Origin: Eledone cirrhosa
Lineage: Eukaryota
Assembly: GCA_964016885.1 (NCBI GenBank)
Contig: OZ024762.1
Span: forward strand, 1,364,001-1,428,000
DNA length: 64,000 nt
Direction: 5' to 3'
Shown here one piece after another: positions 41,075 through 55,100 of the stretch. A program made the position numbers and the translations under genes. The stretch's first letter is position 1. Every line of letters begins with the position of its first letter. The notes beneath the pieces were generated by a model that had not been told where the DNA came from, ran no database searches, and worked only from the letters and a program-made list of their open reading frames with translations.

Positions 41075-41235
41075 TTTTTATTGTTTTATTTGTTATGATA
41101 TCCTGGCAAAAGGTAGTGAAATGTTTTTATCCCCACCCTGGGGCAACATACCCTCCCTCCTATTTTTTCTGGGGGTGGGGAGTTGTTTTGTTAGTGGTAT
41201 TTTACATGACACCAAACACACTTCCTCTCTCTTGT

Positions 41236-42215
<980 letters not shown>

Positions 42216-43359
42216 AGACAGGTATCTTTACTTCTCACTTTTCTAATCAATCTAGTCATGAAACATAACCCCCCCTCCCCCCCTTCCTCGTGTATTTCTT
42301 TTCTTTGTATCACCTTTCTTACTACACCTGTCTGTCTGTCTCTGTCTGCCTGTCTGTCTGTCTGTCTCTGTGTCTATCTGTCTGTCTGTCTGTCTGTCCA
42401 CATATACAAAAATGTACGAATGTCAGCTGAAAAGTTCTTAGTCTGACGAAGATACTCTCATGGAATGACCAAATGAGGTTTATTTTTAAATGCAGTCCCT
42501 AGAAAGAAACAATAGTTAATGATAAGGAGAGTTGAAATTAATGCATGCAAGATTTCACAGCTCTAGCATCTCTCCTTCATAGCCAGCCTATGACCAAGAT
42601 ACTCTCATGGAACGACCAAATGAGGTATATTTTTCAACATAGTCCCTGGAAAGAAACAATGCAGTTATTAATAAGAAAAGTTGAAATTAATGCATGCAAG
42701 ATTTTGCAGCTCTAGCATCACACATCACTCCTTCATAGTAAGGCTATGAACTGTTAAGCCTACCCTCATACACAGATTGGAGAACTACAATATCACCTTA
42801 ATATGGCAGAACAACAGCAGATGAATGGTGTGTCAGCTACTTCCATTATCAACAGAAAGTTCAACTCTCCAGATTTCCTGTGTCATGAAGTGAAGTGTCA
42901 ACTATACGATAAATTATCAAGTGAAGTGTCAACTATACATGAGGTTTTTTTTATAATCGGCTTTTCATAAATTTATATTTTTCATAATGATCAATCTATT
43001 TTGTGTAGACTGGAGCTTAAACCACTTGGAACACTCTCAGATTCTACTAAAGTCTTTGAACCAAGAATTCTTTAGTTCACATAGTGTTGGTCTTTGTTTC
43101 AAATGTATTGGTCTGTAATTCAAATAGTATTGCCCCATGGTTCAAATAGTATTGGTCTTTATTTCTAATAGTATTGTTCTATGCTTCAAATAGTATTGGT
43201 CTTTGATTCAAATAGTATTGGTCTATAGTTCAAATAGTATTGTCCCATGATTCAAATAGTTTTGCCACATGTATTACTGTTGAATATTTTCAATATTCTG
43301 TGAAGAAATCCTGTCCAGAACCGACCGAATTCTGGATTATTTTGGTTATTCTGTGACAT

Positions 43360-43760
43360 TAACCATTCTGTTAACACCATTCTGTTATAACTAACCGTCC
43401 TGTTAAACCATTCTGTTACAACCAACCATTCCGTTACAACCAACCATTCCGTTACACCATTCTGTTACAACCAACCATTCCGTTACATCTAACCATTCCG
43501 TTACAACCAACCATCCTGTTACACCATCCATTCTGTGACACTAGAAATTCTGTTACAACCAACCATTCTTCTGTGACACCATCATGTTACAACCAACCAT
43601 TCTTCTGTGACACCATTCTGTTACAACCAACCATTCTTCTGTGACACCATTCTGTTACAACCAACCATTCTTCTGTGACACCATCATGTTACAACCAACC
43701 ATTCTTCTGTGACACCATTCTGTTACAACCAACCATTCTTCTGTAGCAACCAACCAACAC
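43360..43760. repeat. Degenerate minisatellite (accattctgttacaacca)
   Basis: Visible tandem units. Confidence 0.75.
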
Positions 43761-44289
43761 AAGTAGAAAGAACAGTAGAACCTACAACCATTTAATGTAG
43801 GTTTACCAGATCAACAAATTTACAGAGTTATTCAGATGCAATACTCCAAATTGATGTCATGGATCTGCTTTACGGTAGAGAGAAAAATATCTTTTTTTCC
43901 CATACAACAATAAAACAATTTGGGTTTTCTTTTTTTTTTTTTTCGTTGTTATTTACCAAATCTGTTGCAGAAAACTGCAGAAGGTGCATCGAAACGTTTG
44001 CAATAGAATCAAGTTTGAGATAAAGGTTATATTAACAACGTCCTAATTTGACGTACCTGTAATCTATTTGGGGAGTGGCTCACCAGAACCACTTAATTTC
44101 ACTGATGAAAAAACAAGAGTTACAACAACAATAATAGTAACAACAACAGTAACAACAACAGTAACTAACAGTAACAAGAACAACAGTAACAACAACAACA
44201 ACAGTAACTAACAGTAATATTCTTTCATGCCAGATATGACAAGAAAACTTCCTTTCCACAACTATGTTGTGTTAAACACTTCAAGATCA

Positions 44290-44512
44290 CACAAAGATCA
44301 CAGACTGACCACTACCCCGTATTAAACACCACAAGACCACAGACTGACCACTACCCTGTATTAAACACCACAAGACCACAGACTGACCACTACCCTGTAT
44401 TAAACACCACAAGACCACAGACTGACCACTACCCTGTATTAAACACCACAAGACCACAGACTGACCACTACCCTGTATTAAACACCACAAGACCACAGAC
44501 TGACCACTACCC
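44290..44512. repeat. 39-bp minisatellite (ccacagactgaccactaccctgtattaaacaccacaaga)
   Basis: About 5 units. Confidence 0.85.
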
Positions 44513-46359
44513 AGACCTCCTGCAATAGAATTCTTTAAATATTCTCCAAATTTCTTTTTCCAAAGAGAAATCTACTCTCTTCCTTCATGCATTTGTACAC
44601 TCGGTCACCCAGTCCACGCTGTTCCCTCCCACTGGACATCTATCTAGCTGGACGTAGTAAATAGTTTAACGTAGCCTGGGGTGGGGTGAGTGATTATTTC
44701 ATTAAATTCCACAATAATAATAGTAATAATTGTTTCATTTCTTGGTCACAAGGGTCGACATATAGGGGACAATACATGACAGGAACAGTGTGGGGTTTAC
44801 ATATATAAATGTGTAAACCACCCAGGGGCGACTCAGGTACCCCACCAATCCTGAACCACCCTACACTTCAAGAGCACCTGAGAAGGGCACCCTCTCTCCT
44901 CTTCCTCAAATTAACCAGCCTACAGGCACATGATCAGAGTAGGTCCTCTCACATGGGCCGCCATTCACCCACCTTTTAGCAAATCTACTCTGGTAAGGGT
45001 GGGGGGCAGCACTTCTCTCTCCACCCCCACCTAACAACAACAACATCAACATCTGTGTTTTCTGTTAATGTACTTCTGCTGTGAGAAATAATATCTTAAA
45101 AAATGAAGAAAATAACGTGAATGTGGAAAATGAAAACAGAAACAATAGCTATAATAATAGGGGCTCTGGGGATGATAAACAAAACACAGCCAAATACATA
45201 GCCAGAACACCAGGACTTACAAATATATACAACATACAGAAGATAGCACTACTAGGTACTGTATATATATAGTATATAGAGTACCACAGGACTTAGAAAT
45301 ATATACAACATACAAAAAATAGCACTAGGTACTGTATATATATTATATAGAGTACTATCAATACAATAGAAAGAACATCAGCAGAAACTACACTGCACAT
45401 GGCCAAGGTACACAGAACTGTGCTCAGTAAAGCAGTAATGATGTGTAATAAAAATAATAATAATGGAAATAATAAAAAGAATGTTTTAAGATAAAGATTA
45501 AACCTAGAGATATTTCAGAGCTTTAGTTACAAACCCACTGCTTTCTTCCCCCACCACGACACCACTACATCACCACCACCACCACCACATTTCACTTCAA
45601 ATGATGATGTTGCTGCTTTAAATATACATATACACACAAATATATACATGTACATATGTGTATATATATATGTATATTTGTGTGTGTATATATGTGTATG
45701 TGTGTGTTTATATATATATAGTCAAAATTTTTTTCACAATGCATTATATATATATATATATACACACACATATATACACACACACACATATATATATATA
45801 TATACATATATACACACATATATATATATACATATATACATATATATATATATGATTTTTTAGACCATGACAGAGAGAGAGAGAGAGAGTAAAACATGAG
45901 ATTTAGTACATTGATGCCTGTTAAAAACTAAAAATATTTAATGTCCATTTTTATCGAACCCTTGCTAGCAGGGAGAACAGACGTTAAATGATGTGTTTCG
46001 TGTCTTCTATGTTGCTACTTCAAGTTTCACATGCTCCATGTTGCCTCATCAGGCTATACAATGGATACATTGTGTTGACGTCTTGAACAATTTTCGAAAA
46101 CTTTCCGAGTTACAAAGGACAATTTTTGTCGCCTGATGGAATACGTAAACCTCCGAGTAATTTTAAGAGAAGGCATCCATCACAGACATTATATAAATAT
46201 ATGTGTGTGTCTGTGTAAAGATATATATGTGTGTGTGTGCCTGTGTATGTATATATATATATATACACACACGTGTGTGTATATATATATATATATATTC
46301 ACACGTGTGTATGTATATATATACATACACACACATATATATATACACACACATATATG

Positions 46360-46401
<42 letters not shown>

Positions 46402-46729
46402 TATATGTATGTATATATATATGCGTATATATACATACATATATGTCCCACCCTTGCAAGCATGGAAAAGCGGACGTAAAATGATATACATATATATATA
46501 TATACACATATATATGTGTGTATATATTATATACACACACACACACATATGTATATACATGTGTGTGCCTATATATACACACATTCGTTTATATATATAT
46601 ATACACACACACAGAGACACACACACATATATATATATATATATAAAGTAATTAAAATATGTAAATGAATTTTTTTTTAAAAACACTGAATTAAAATAAA
46701 TAAATGGAAAGATACACTTCCTGTCGTCT

Positions 46730-47100
46730 GCTTTCACCTTCTTCACCTTCTTCTTCCTGAGAGTGTCGTGGGAGGCAGAAGCAACTGTCTCCAACTGATT
46801 CAGCTGGATTCCCCTGTGAGACCAGCCAAGCTCATGGATGTTATCCAACCATCTTGCTCAGGGTCTACCTCTGGGTCTCCTGCCAGTTGGTTTTGCCCGT
46901 AAAATCTGTCCAGTGAATTTTTCCTGAGACATTCTAACCACATGTCCATAGTATCAGAGCTGTGATCTCTCAATTTGGAGAAGTAGTGGCTCTACCTGGA
47001 GTGACTCTTTGATCTATGATCTATAAATCTGTCCAGCAAATTCTTTCCTGAGACATTCTAACCACATGTCCATTGTATCGAAGCTGTGATCTCTCATATT
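46730..47100 (-). mobile_element. Degenerate RTE-clade LINE 3' fragment (related fragments ~4500-4800, ~19740-20000, ~30780-30900)
   Basis: Minus-strand translation YYGHVVRM...ILRAKPTGRRPRGRP*ARWLDNI. Confidence 0.65.
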
Positions 47101-48760
47101 TTACTCTGGCACCAGAACTCTAGGCCATGAATTGGTGGCAGAGTTGTTTAATGATCAGACGTGAAGCTTTGCATTGTCTAAATCTCAGCCCTGTGTGTTC
47201 TGAGTTTTCAAATCCTGCCTCCTCTCCTTTCTACCAGGTGTTGCAACTGGCTGATAGTATCAATAATGGAAACATTGTTTCCTTGGTCTGATCTAATGAT
47301 TAGCTCCTTTCTTCTGCCAGGAGTTGTGACAGACAGATAGTACTAATAATGAAAGAACCAATGGAAACATTGTTTCCTTCTTCTGATTTGACGAGCTCCA
47401 TCCTACTTGATAAGCAAATGAAGTTTGAGATTTTATTAATTGATTCCTGGCAGAAGGAGCTGATCATCAGATCAGACCAAGGAAACGATGTTTCCACTGG
47501 TCTTTCAATTGCTGATACTGTCTGTCTGTGACAACTCCTGGCAGTGTACATGATAATAAATCTTTGAATAGAAACCTTTGATAATGGGTAAGAGAGCCCA
47601 GTATCTGCCTCCAAGCAACATCTCAATATTTTTCAGGTGCTGTTAAACATACGAGTTATCTCCATATATTTAAAACTGCTAAGCTTAGAGAAATCAATGT
47701 TGGCACAATAAAAGGTAGGTCTGGAGAAATTTTAAAAATCCTTGAGCCGAGACATATACCATGTCTCCCTAATGCCTATGGTAAGGCAGTGAAGGTGCGT
47801 AGTTTTGTGGTGAGGGTATTCGGTAAACAATCATAAGGTCATGAGTTTGATGCCTAGCGGTCTGCTGTGTCCTTCAGCAAGACACTTTACTTCACATTGC
47901 TCCAGTATGTGTATGTGGAATGCTCAGCCACTTGCACGTTAAAATCACAAGCAGGCTGTCCAGTTGATCAGATCAACTGCAACACTCATCGTCATAACCG
48001 ACGGAGTACCAGTTATAGTTATATGATAAAACAGATCTTATAGTTCCCTGGAATAGAGACACTTCTTTTGTAATAGTGACTGTCTGATACTATATAGGTA
48101 ATACTTTAAGGTAGCCACATCGGGGAGTGGAGTGCTGACATCTGATTACACCACATTCGGTCGATTGTTAAAATATTATGTTAACGAAAGTTCATTATAT
48201 GACAAGACTTTCGGACCACCGTGAGTAAAAAAATTACAACAAAAATAATATTTTGTGAAAGCTGAAGAGTTTAGAGTTCTCTCCCCTGTAAAAGTAGCGG
48301 GTAAAAACTGTTATCGCTGTTATTAATTTCCTGGTTGCTGTTTTAGACTTGTATGACTGATAAATTGGGATTTACTGCCAGTAAATCAAGGTTTGAAGGA
48401 TCTACCTGTCTTTTTCTATCTTTGTTGCCATAACTACAACTTATTAATACCCACACATCCCGTACCCCAAAATGATGTCGTTATGGTTTCTTGTAACATT
48501 ATAACATTTTACTTGTAAACAAACCGAATATTCTCTTTTACTCTTTTACCTGTTCCAATCATGCTGGGGCACCACTCTTCATATTGTTATAATATTATTA
48601 ATATTATTAATATTCACTCACGAATATATTAAAACTAGCAATTTCACATAAAATTGTTGTGTCAGCAATTTATCTTTGAATGTATAACGTTTAAATTTTC
48701 AAATTTTATTATGCAAAGCATATAAATAAATTTACAGTAGAATAACATAACAAATATGGA

Positions 48761-49270
48761 CACTACCATGTTATTAGCTGTCAGAAGTGAAAGTTTCGCC
48801 AACATTCTCAATCATAAACATCGTTTATTTCCGTATTACCACGCGTTATTTTAATAAATCATATCGATGTAAGTGGAGTTACTTAAATGAAAATATAGGT
48901 GGCCCTTAAAAGGGCCAAATTAGAAAACAAATGTAAGTTAATTCGGAAACAAATCATGGTTATCAAATAAATTGGATTTAATCATTTATATTTTCATAGT
49001 CATGGTTATCAATGTAGAAAACAAGTCATTTTCACCAACAGTGGACTTACTTTTGACAGCTAATACCATGAACTATATTTTCATAGTCATGGTTATCAAT
49101 GTAGAAAACAATTTGGCCCTTTTAAGGGCCACCTAGATTTTCATTTAAGTAACTCCACTTACATCGATATGCTTTATTAAAATAACGCGTGGTAATACGG
49201 AAATAAACAATGTTTACGATTGAGAATGTTGGCGAAACTTTCACTTCTGACAGCTAATAAAATGGTAGTG
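48761..49270. repeat. Long inverted repeat (arms ~48761-48921 and ~49110-49270) with a rearranged spacer
   Basis: Arms are near-identical reverse complements; the spacer holds a direct duplication atattttcatagtcatggttatcaatgtagaaaacaa. Confidence 0.85.
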
Positions 49271-51392
49271 CCGACAACATTATAAATTGCGCGCAATTCT
49301 TTCAGAAAGATATATTCTTTTAATGTTGCAATATTAAAGAAAATGTAAAGGAAGGGGTGAACAACGGAGCAAAAGACAGCAACGAGGGGTACTGGGCAAC
49401 CTCTCTAATGAGTTTAAATTGTTATTTCAGTTATATCAGATAGAAACACGTAGATATGAATTAATTATTGATAGGAACATTATAAATATATAATACACAA
49501 ATATATATGATGGAAGAGAGAGAAAACCCCGTCAATTGGTCATACATCACATCACATCACAAGGGTTAATGGAAATGTTATGAGGCAATCCAAGACGCTG
49601 GCAGCATTTCAGCGACTGATGGCGATGCTAAGGCGTTGAAACAACCAAGAACCCTCACTAAGAACATCACCTGATATCTCGGTGAAGCCAGGTGATGACG
49701 TGGCTGAGGTGATGTAACAACCAAGCACCTTCACTAAGAACATCACCTTGTATCTCGGAGGGGAACTTTCTAGGTACAAACCCCAGCCCATGTCTGAAGA
49801 GGTTCTTCTTTACTCAGTTTGTAAGTCGGTTAAACTGAAATTGGGAAATGTTTTCATTAAGTCTTCCAAATCCATGTTGATAATAATGGTTTCTTATATA
49901 GGCACAAGGAAAGCAAATTTGGGGGAGGGGAAAGTCCATTAAATCAATCCCAGTGTATTACTGGTACTTTATTTTATCGACCCCGTAAGGATGAAAGGCA
50001 AAATTAACCTCGGCGGGAATAATGCCAGTTTTATTCAACTAGAAATTGCGAAAATATATAGAGAAATATCGCCTTTCGTTTTGATTCTATATATTTTATG
50101 TAAAAATACAGGGTGTCCTCCAAAAATGTATACACACTTCAACAGCATTCTAATAAATATTGCCTGTACATGTAATCAAAGTGTGTATACATTTAACCAA
50201 GATAAGGGCGATGGATTGACAATAGAAACGGTAGAGCGTCAGACACCATGCTTTGCGGCATAGAGTTCTGTTCCTTTATTTTCTGAGTTCAAATCCCACC
50301 GAGGTTAACTTTGCCTTTCATCCTTACATGGTCGATAAAATAAAGTACCAGCAATACACTGGGGTCGATTTAATCGACTTTCCCTTTCTGAAATTGTTGA
50401 GCTTGTGTCTAAATCAGAAACCATTATTATCCTTACGGGGTCGATAAAATAAAGTACCAGTAATGCACTGAGTAATTGCTGGCCTCGTGCCTAAATCAGA
50501 AACCATTATTAACCAAGAAAGGAAGAAACAACTCTATCTATTCGTCTTAGGAGTTAATAATCTGGGGGTTAATATAATCGATTTTCCCCTTCCCTCGTGT
50601 CTCACTGGCCTTGAGTAAGATCTATGATCAGAAGGGATCGTTGGTTTATATTGGAGAGAAACGACCCTTCACGACAGCGGTCGCTGACCTTTCCGATCTC
50701 ACGGACAACTAAATTCATAATTCTAAATCGCACAAACCACTAATATGAATTGTTAAAAAAAGATAAATACATTTTAAAAATAATGATCATTTATTAAATA
50801 ATACTGAAGTGTACCTATGACATTGCAGACAGATGATATATATGTGTAACATTTTTTCATAGATGTTAGTTCTTTGCTGAGAAGAAACATTTTTTAGAGG
50901 GTGCAGGGTTTATAAAATATATTATAACCGAATATTATTTTTGTTTTATTATTAATAAAACATAAAAATTGGAAATAATGTCCAAATTTTTCTGCCGACC
51001 ACCGGATGGTGACCGCTGCCTCTATATACAAGTTGTGTATAAGAAACACATTTCCTCCCACACTTTGTGAAGCCGCTATTTTTAAAGACACATTTCTCCC
51101 AAATGAACTACAAATATAGATTAATTTTATCTCATCAAGGTGTATAAAAATATAATGATAAAGGTATCACAATATTTTTCAGGACTAATTTTTAATTTGG
51201 TCTATTTTCTACTTTAAAATATTAATATTAAAGGTAAGAATCCTATTTAATATCTTGTTCACCCTATTACGTTTGTTTTTCCATGTTAGCATGGGTTGGA
51301 CGGGTCTTTTCCGGCACAACTTCCCTCAGCTTGTAGTATTTCCTTCATCATCAACTAAGTGAATTAGAACCAACTTACCTTTAATCATTATA

Positions 51393-51471
51393 TTGGGCTG
51401 TAACATAAATTCCCGCCGTTGTTAAAGAACTTCTTAATAAAAAGGCGGCGGAAATTTATGTTACAACCCAA
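51393..51471. mobile_element. 79-bp palindromic Tc1/mariner-type MITE
   Basis: TA|TTGGGCTGTAACATAAATTCCCGCCG...CGGCGGAAATTTATGTTACAACCCAA|TA. Confidence 0.75.
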
Positions 51472-51489
51472 TATAGATAAGTAGAAGGG

Positions 51490-51633
51490 ATATTTAATTT
51501 GTTGGAAATTCAACAAATATAAATGTTTATAACTGATTCAGAGCACTCGACAGTTTTTCTGGAGTAAATATTCAATGATATTAAATAAATGGAAACTATA
51601 TTTATTCTATTATATATATTTCAAGGGTACCAA
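51490..51633 (-). mobile_element. Truncated copy of the hammerhead-bearing pLTR-like family (lacks the CTGATGA half)
   Basis: Diverged reverse complement of ~39835-39985 (tttggtacccttgaaatatatataat...tagtttccatttat...gtcgagtgct...cagttataaa). Confidence 0.55.
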
Positions 51634-52199
51634 AACTTTGAGCCAGATCGAACCTTGAGCTGATCAATATCGAAACGCGCGTTACCAATCAATAAACGTA
51701 ATGAAGGTTTAACAAATCGTCCTTGTATTATTATATTTGCACTCTATTTAGCTCTACACCTCGCTGCAGATGTGAATCTAAAGATCGAGTGCTCACCTGG
51801 GTGAACCTACAAGTAACGTTTTGGGGCACTTTTTTTCATGTTACTCCCCGTTTGGGTTTTTAGAGGTTGGCAGGTGTATATATATTCAAGATTTCTTATC
51901 TGAAAACGTGTGTTGAAACAGATCTTGTTATACTTTGGGAGGGTCATGTTGTTATACTTTGGGAGGGTCATGTTGCCAATGAAAAGACAGGCATCTGTTG
52001 GTTTTCACTTCAATTTATTATATATTTCCAGTTGCCATACACAATCTCTGTGTGTCCATCCCAGGCCTCCCAGGACAGATCGCAAACAGGGCCAAAACAC
52101 CTAAACATTTCGATAACTCATAAGACTTTATTAATATGTTTTTCTTGTTATTTTATATATATTTGATGATGATGATGATGATGATATTTCCAGAAAATA

Positions 52200-55100
52200 A
52201 TGGTCTCTCAAGATGCCACAGAAGATATTTCCAACCAGTTCAAGATTCTGTTAGCCACCGACATTCACCTTGGATACATGGAGAATGATTCTGAGAGAGG
52301 TAACGATTCGTTGGTGACATTTGAAGAAATTCTAGAAAACGCCAAAGAAAATGATGTTGACTTCATTCTTCTCGGCGGTGATTTGTTTCATGAAAACAAA
52401 CCATCTCGTTCGATCCTCCATGGCTGCTTGACATTGTTACGCAAGTACTGCATGGGAGACAAACCCGTACAGTTTGAATTTGTCAGTGATCAATCGGTGA
52501 ATTTTGAACACTGCACCTTCCCGTCTTTAAACTACGATGATCCGAATCTCAATATTTCTTTCCCGATATTCTCAATTCACGGTAACCATGACGATCCAAC
52601 TGGACATGGCAATCTTTGTAGCCTTGATTTATTTCACACCATTGGACTTATTAATTACTTTGGCAAGGCTATGTCTCTCGATAAAATTATTCTATCTCCT
52701 TTGCTGCTGCAGAAAGGAACAACGAAGCTTGCATTGTTCGGGCTGGGAGCGATTCAGGATGAACGTTTGCATCGAATGTTTTCCAAGAAAACTGTCGCTA
52801 TGCTTCGACCTCGTGAACACAAAGAAGATTGGTTTAACATGTGTGTACTCCACCAGAACCGGGCAAAACATTCGGCAACTAAATACATCCCAGAAGATTT
52901 TCTAGAAGACTTTATAGATCTAGTAGTATGGGGGCATGAACATGAATGTCGCATAGAACCAGAGTGGAATAATATACGTAACTTTTATGTCTGTCAGCCC
53001 GGTAGCTCCATAGCAACTTCCCTCAGCCCCTCTGAAGCCGTACCAAAGCATGTCGCTCTTCTCTACGTTGATGGCAAGAATTTTAAGATCAATAAAATTC
53101 CTCTGCAGACCGTAAGACAGTTCTACACTGAAGACATTGTTCTGATGGAAACATCGCTCAAAACAGATGATCCAAAAATCACCAAAAAAATGGAAGATTT
53201 TTGTGCTGAGAAAGTTGAAAAATATATCAGCCTGGCTGGTAGGTAACATTTTAGTTTAATTCAACCATCTTTTGATCCAATAATTCTAATGAAATTTCTC
53301 ACCATGTATTTCAATTTAACCCTTTCATTACCATATTTCTAATAATTTTGGAGGAGGGGAAAGTTGTTTAAATTGATCCCAGTGCATAACTGGTACTCTA
53401 TTTTATCAACTTTGTAAGGATGAAAAGTAAAGCTAACCTCGACAGGATTTGAAATCAGAACATAAAGGGCCGTAACTCTATGCTGCAAAGCATGGTGTCG
53501 GGCGTTCTACCGATACTCGGACAACATGCTTTGTGGTGTGTTGTCCGAGCATCGATATATAATATTAACTATGAAAAGATTGAACATTTTTTTCTTAAAC
53601 TGAGTTGAGTTTGAAAGTTATTTTTCTATAAGACCCCTTCTATAAACCCCTGGGTCCCAAATAATGGGGGAGAGGGTCTCTATAAGACCCCTTTCTATAA
53701 ACCCCTGGGTCCCAAATAATGGGAGAAGGGTGGGAAAATTGGTAATTTTTCTAGGTTGTCTCTGTTGGTGGAAAAAATTAGAAAAGTTAAGTGGGTAGGA
53801 TGTTTATTGGAGACCTGAGAGTATATTGGCTGCTATCTCCCCCAGGATCTACACACACAGGACATTCTAAACAACCAAAGAAACCTTTGATTCGACTTCG
53901 TGTGGATTACAGTGGAGGTTATGAACCATTTTCAATATTTAGGTGAGTTTTATTTTGGTTTTATGGAAGATTTGTCACCTTTCACCTGAAGAATCTTTAT
54001 ATTTCTTGAATTATGTCTTTAACCTTTTCATTACCTTATTTCTTACATTAAGTTACTATCTTAGTAACTTTGATAGGTTTCGGCCAGTATTGGTCCAGAC
54101 CATGTCTAACTTGGCGACATAATTTTATATAAGAACCCTACATTAAGTTACTATCTTTGTAATGAATTAATTAATAATTTTAGTAAATCTCTAAAAATTC
54201 TTCATTAATTAAAATAGTGTGTTTTGTTAGAAATGCAGTCATGAAAGGTTTAAAATAAATTGTTTTGTAACAGTTTCAGGTGGTTTGGTATCAAAGGGGT
54301 TAATGAGTTAATCTGGGTGGGGCAAGGCCTCTGAGGGAGAACGGAGGAAATTATCATCAAATGGCATTAATCCAGCTTATTGATTTCTTATTGATTGATT
54401 GATTAATTTTCAGGTTTGGTCAGAGATTTGTTGATAAAGTTGCCAACCCCAAAGATATTGTTATCTTCCATAGAAAGAAGGAAGTTGGGATAAATAAAGT
54501 TGATATCAGTGTTGCAGGTGAGTAGAGAGGGTTTCGGGGGTACTGTGTCTCTCTTTCCTTCCTCAATAGTATATATAGAGTAATGTAAATGTTATGTGAG
54601 ATATTATATGAGGTAAAGCCTTTACTGTGAAAATATAATAGTATATTGTGCATTGCCCTATGTACTTTGCATGCACTTTTTGATGAGTTGTGGTGCACCT
54701 GGGCACTGTACACAATATTTCATTATTATTATTATTATTATATCATGACTCATACACTGTTCATTTTCCTGACATTTGTACATTATTCTATGTACTATAC
54801 ATGCACCTTTGATGAGTTGTAGTGCACCTGAGCACTGTACACAATAATTTCATTATTATATATATAGAGTAATGTAAATGTTGTGTGAGGTAAAGACTTT
54901 ACTGTGAAAATACAATAGTATATATAGAGTAATGTAAATATTATGTGAGATATTATGTGAGGTAAAGCCTTTACTGTGAAAATACAATAGTATATATAGA
55001 GTAATGTAAATGTTGTGTGAGATATTATGTGAGGTAAAGACTTTACTGTGAAAATACAATAGTATATATAGAGTAATGTAAATATTATGTGAGATATTAT

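Noticed and set aside
43961-44007. Hammerhead-like tctgttgca..CTGCAGAaggtgcatcGAAACGTTtgcaataga
   Set aside because: Core A6 is replaced by C, stem II is only 2 bp and there are 5 extra nt before the core; at best a decayed remnant.
48900-49800. Histone gene associated with the stem-loop motif
   Set aside because: No histone-like translation was seen upstream of either stem-loop.
51659-51686. CTGATCA..CGAAACGCGCGTT hammerhead-like string
   Set aside because: G8 is missing and neither stem I nor stem II forms; only the palindromic stem III half is recognisable.
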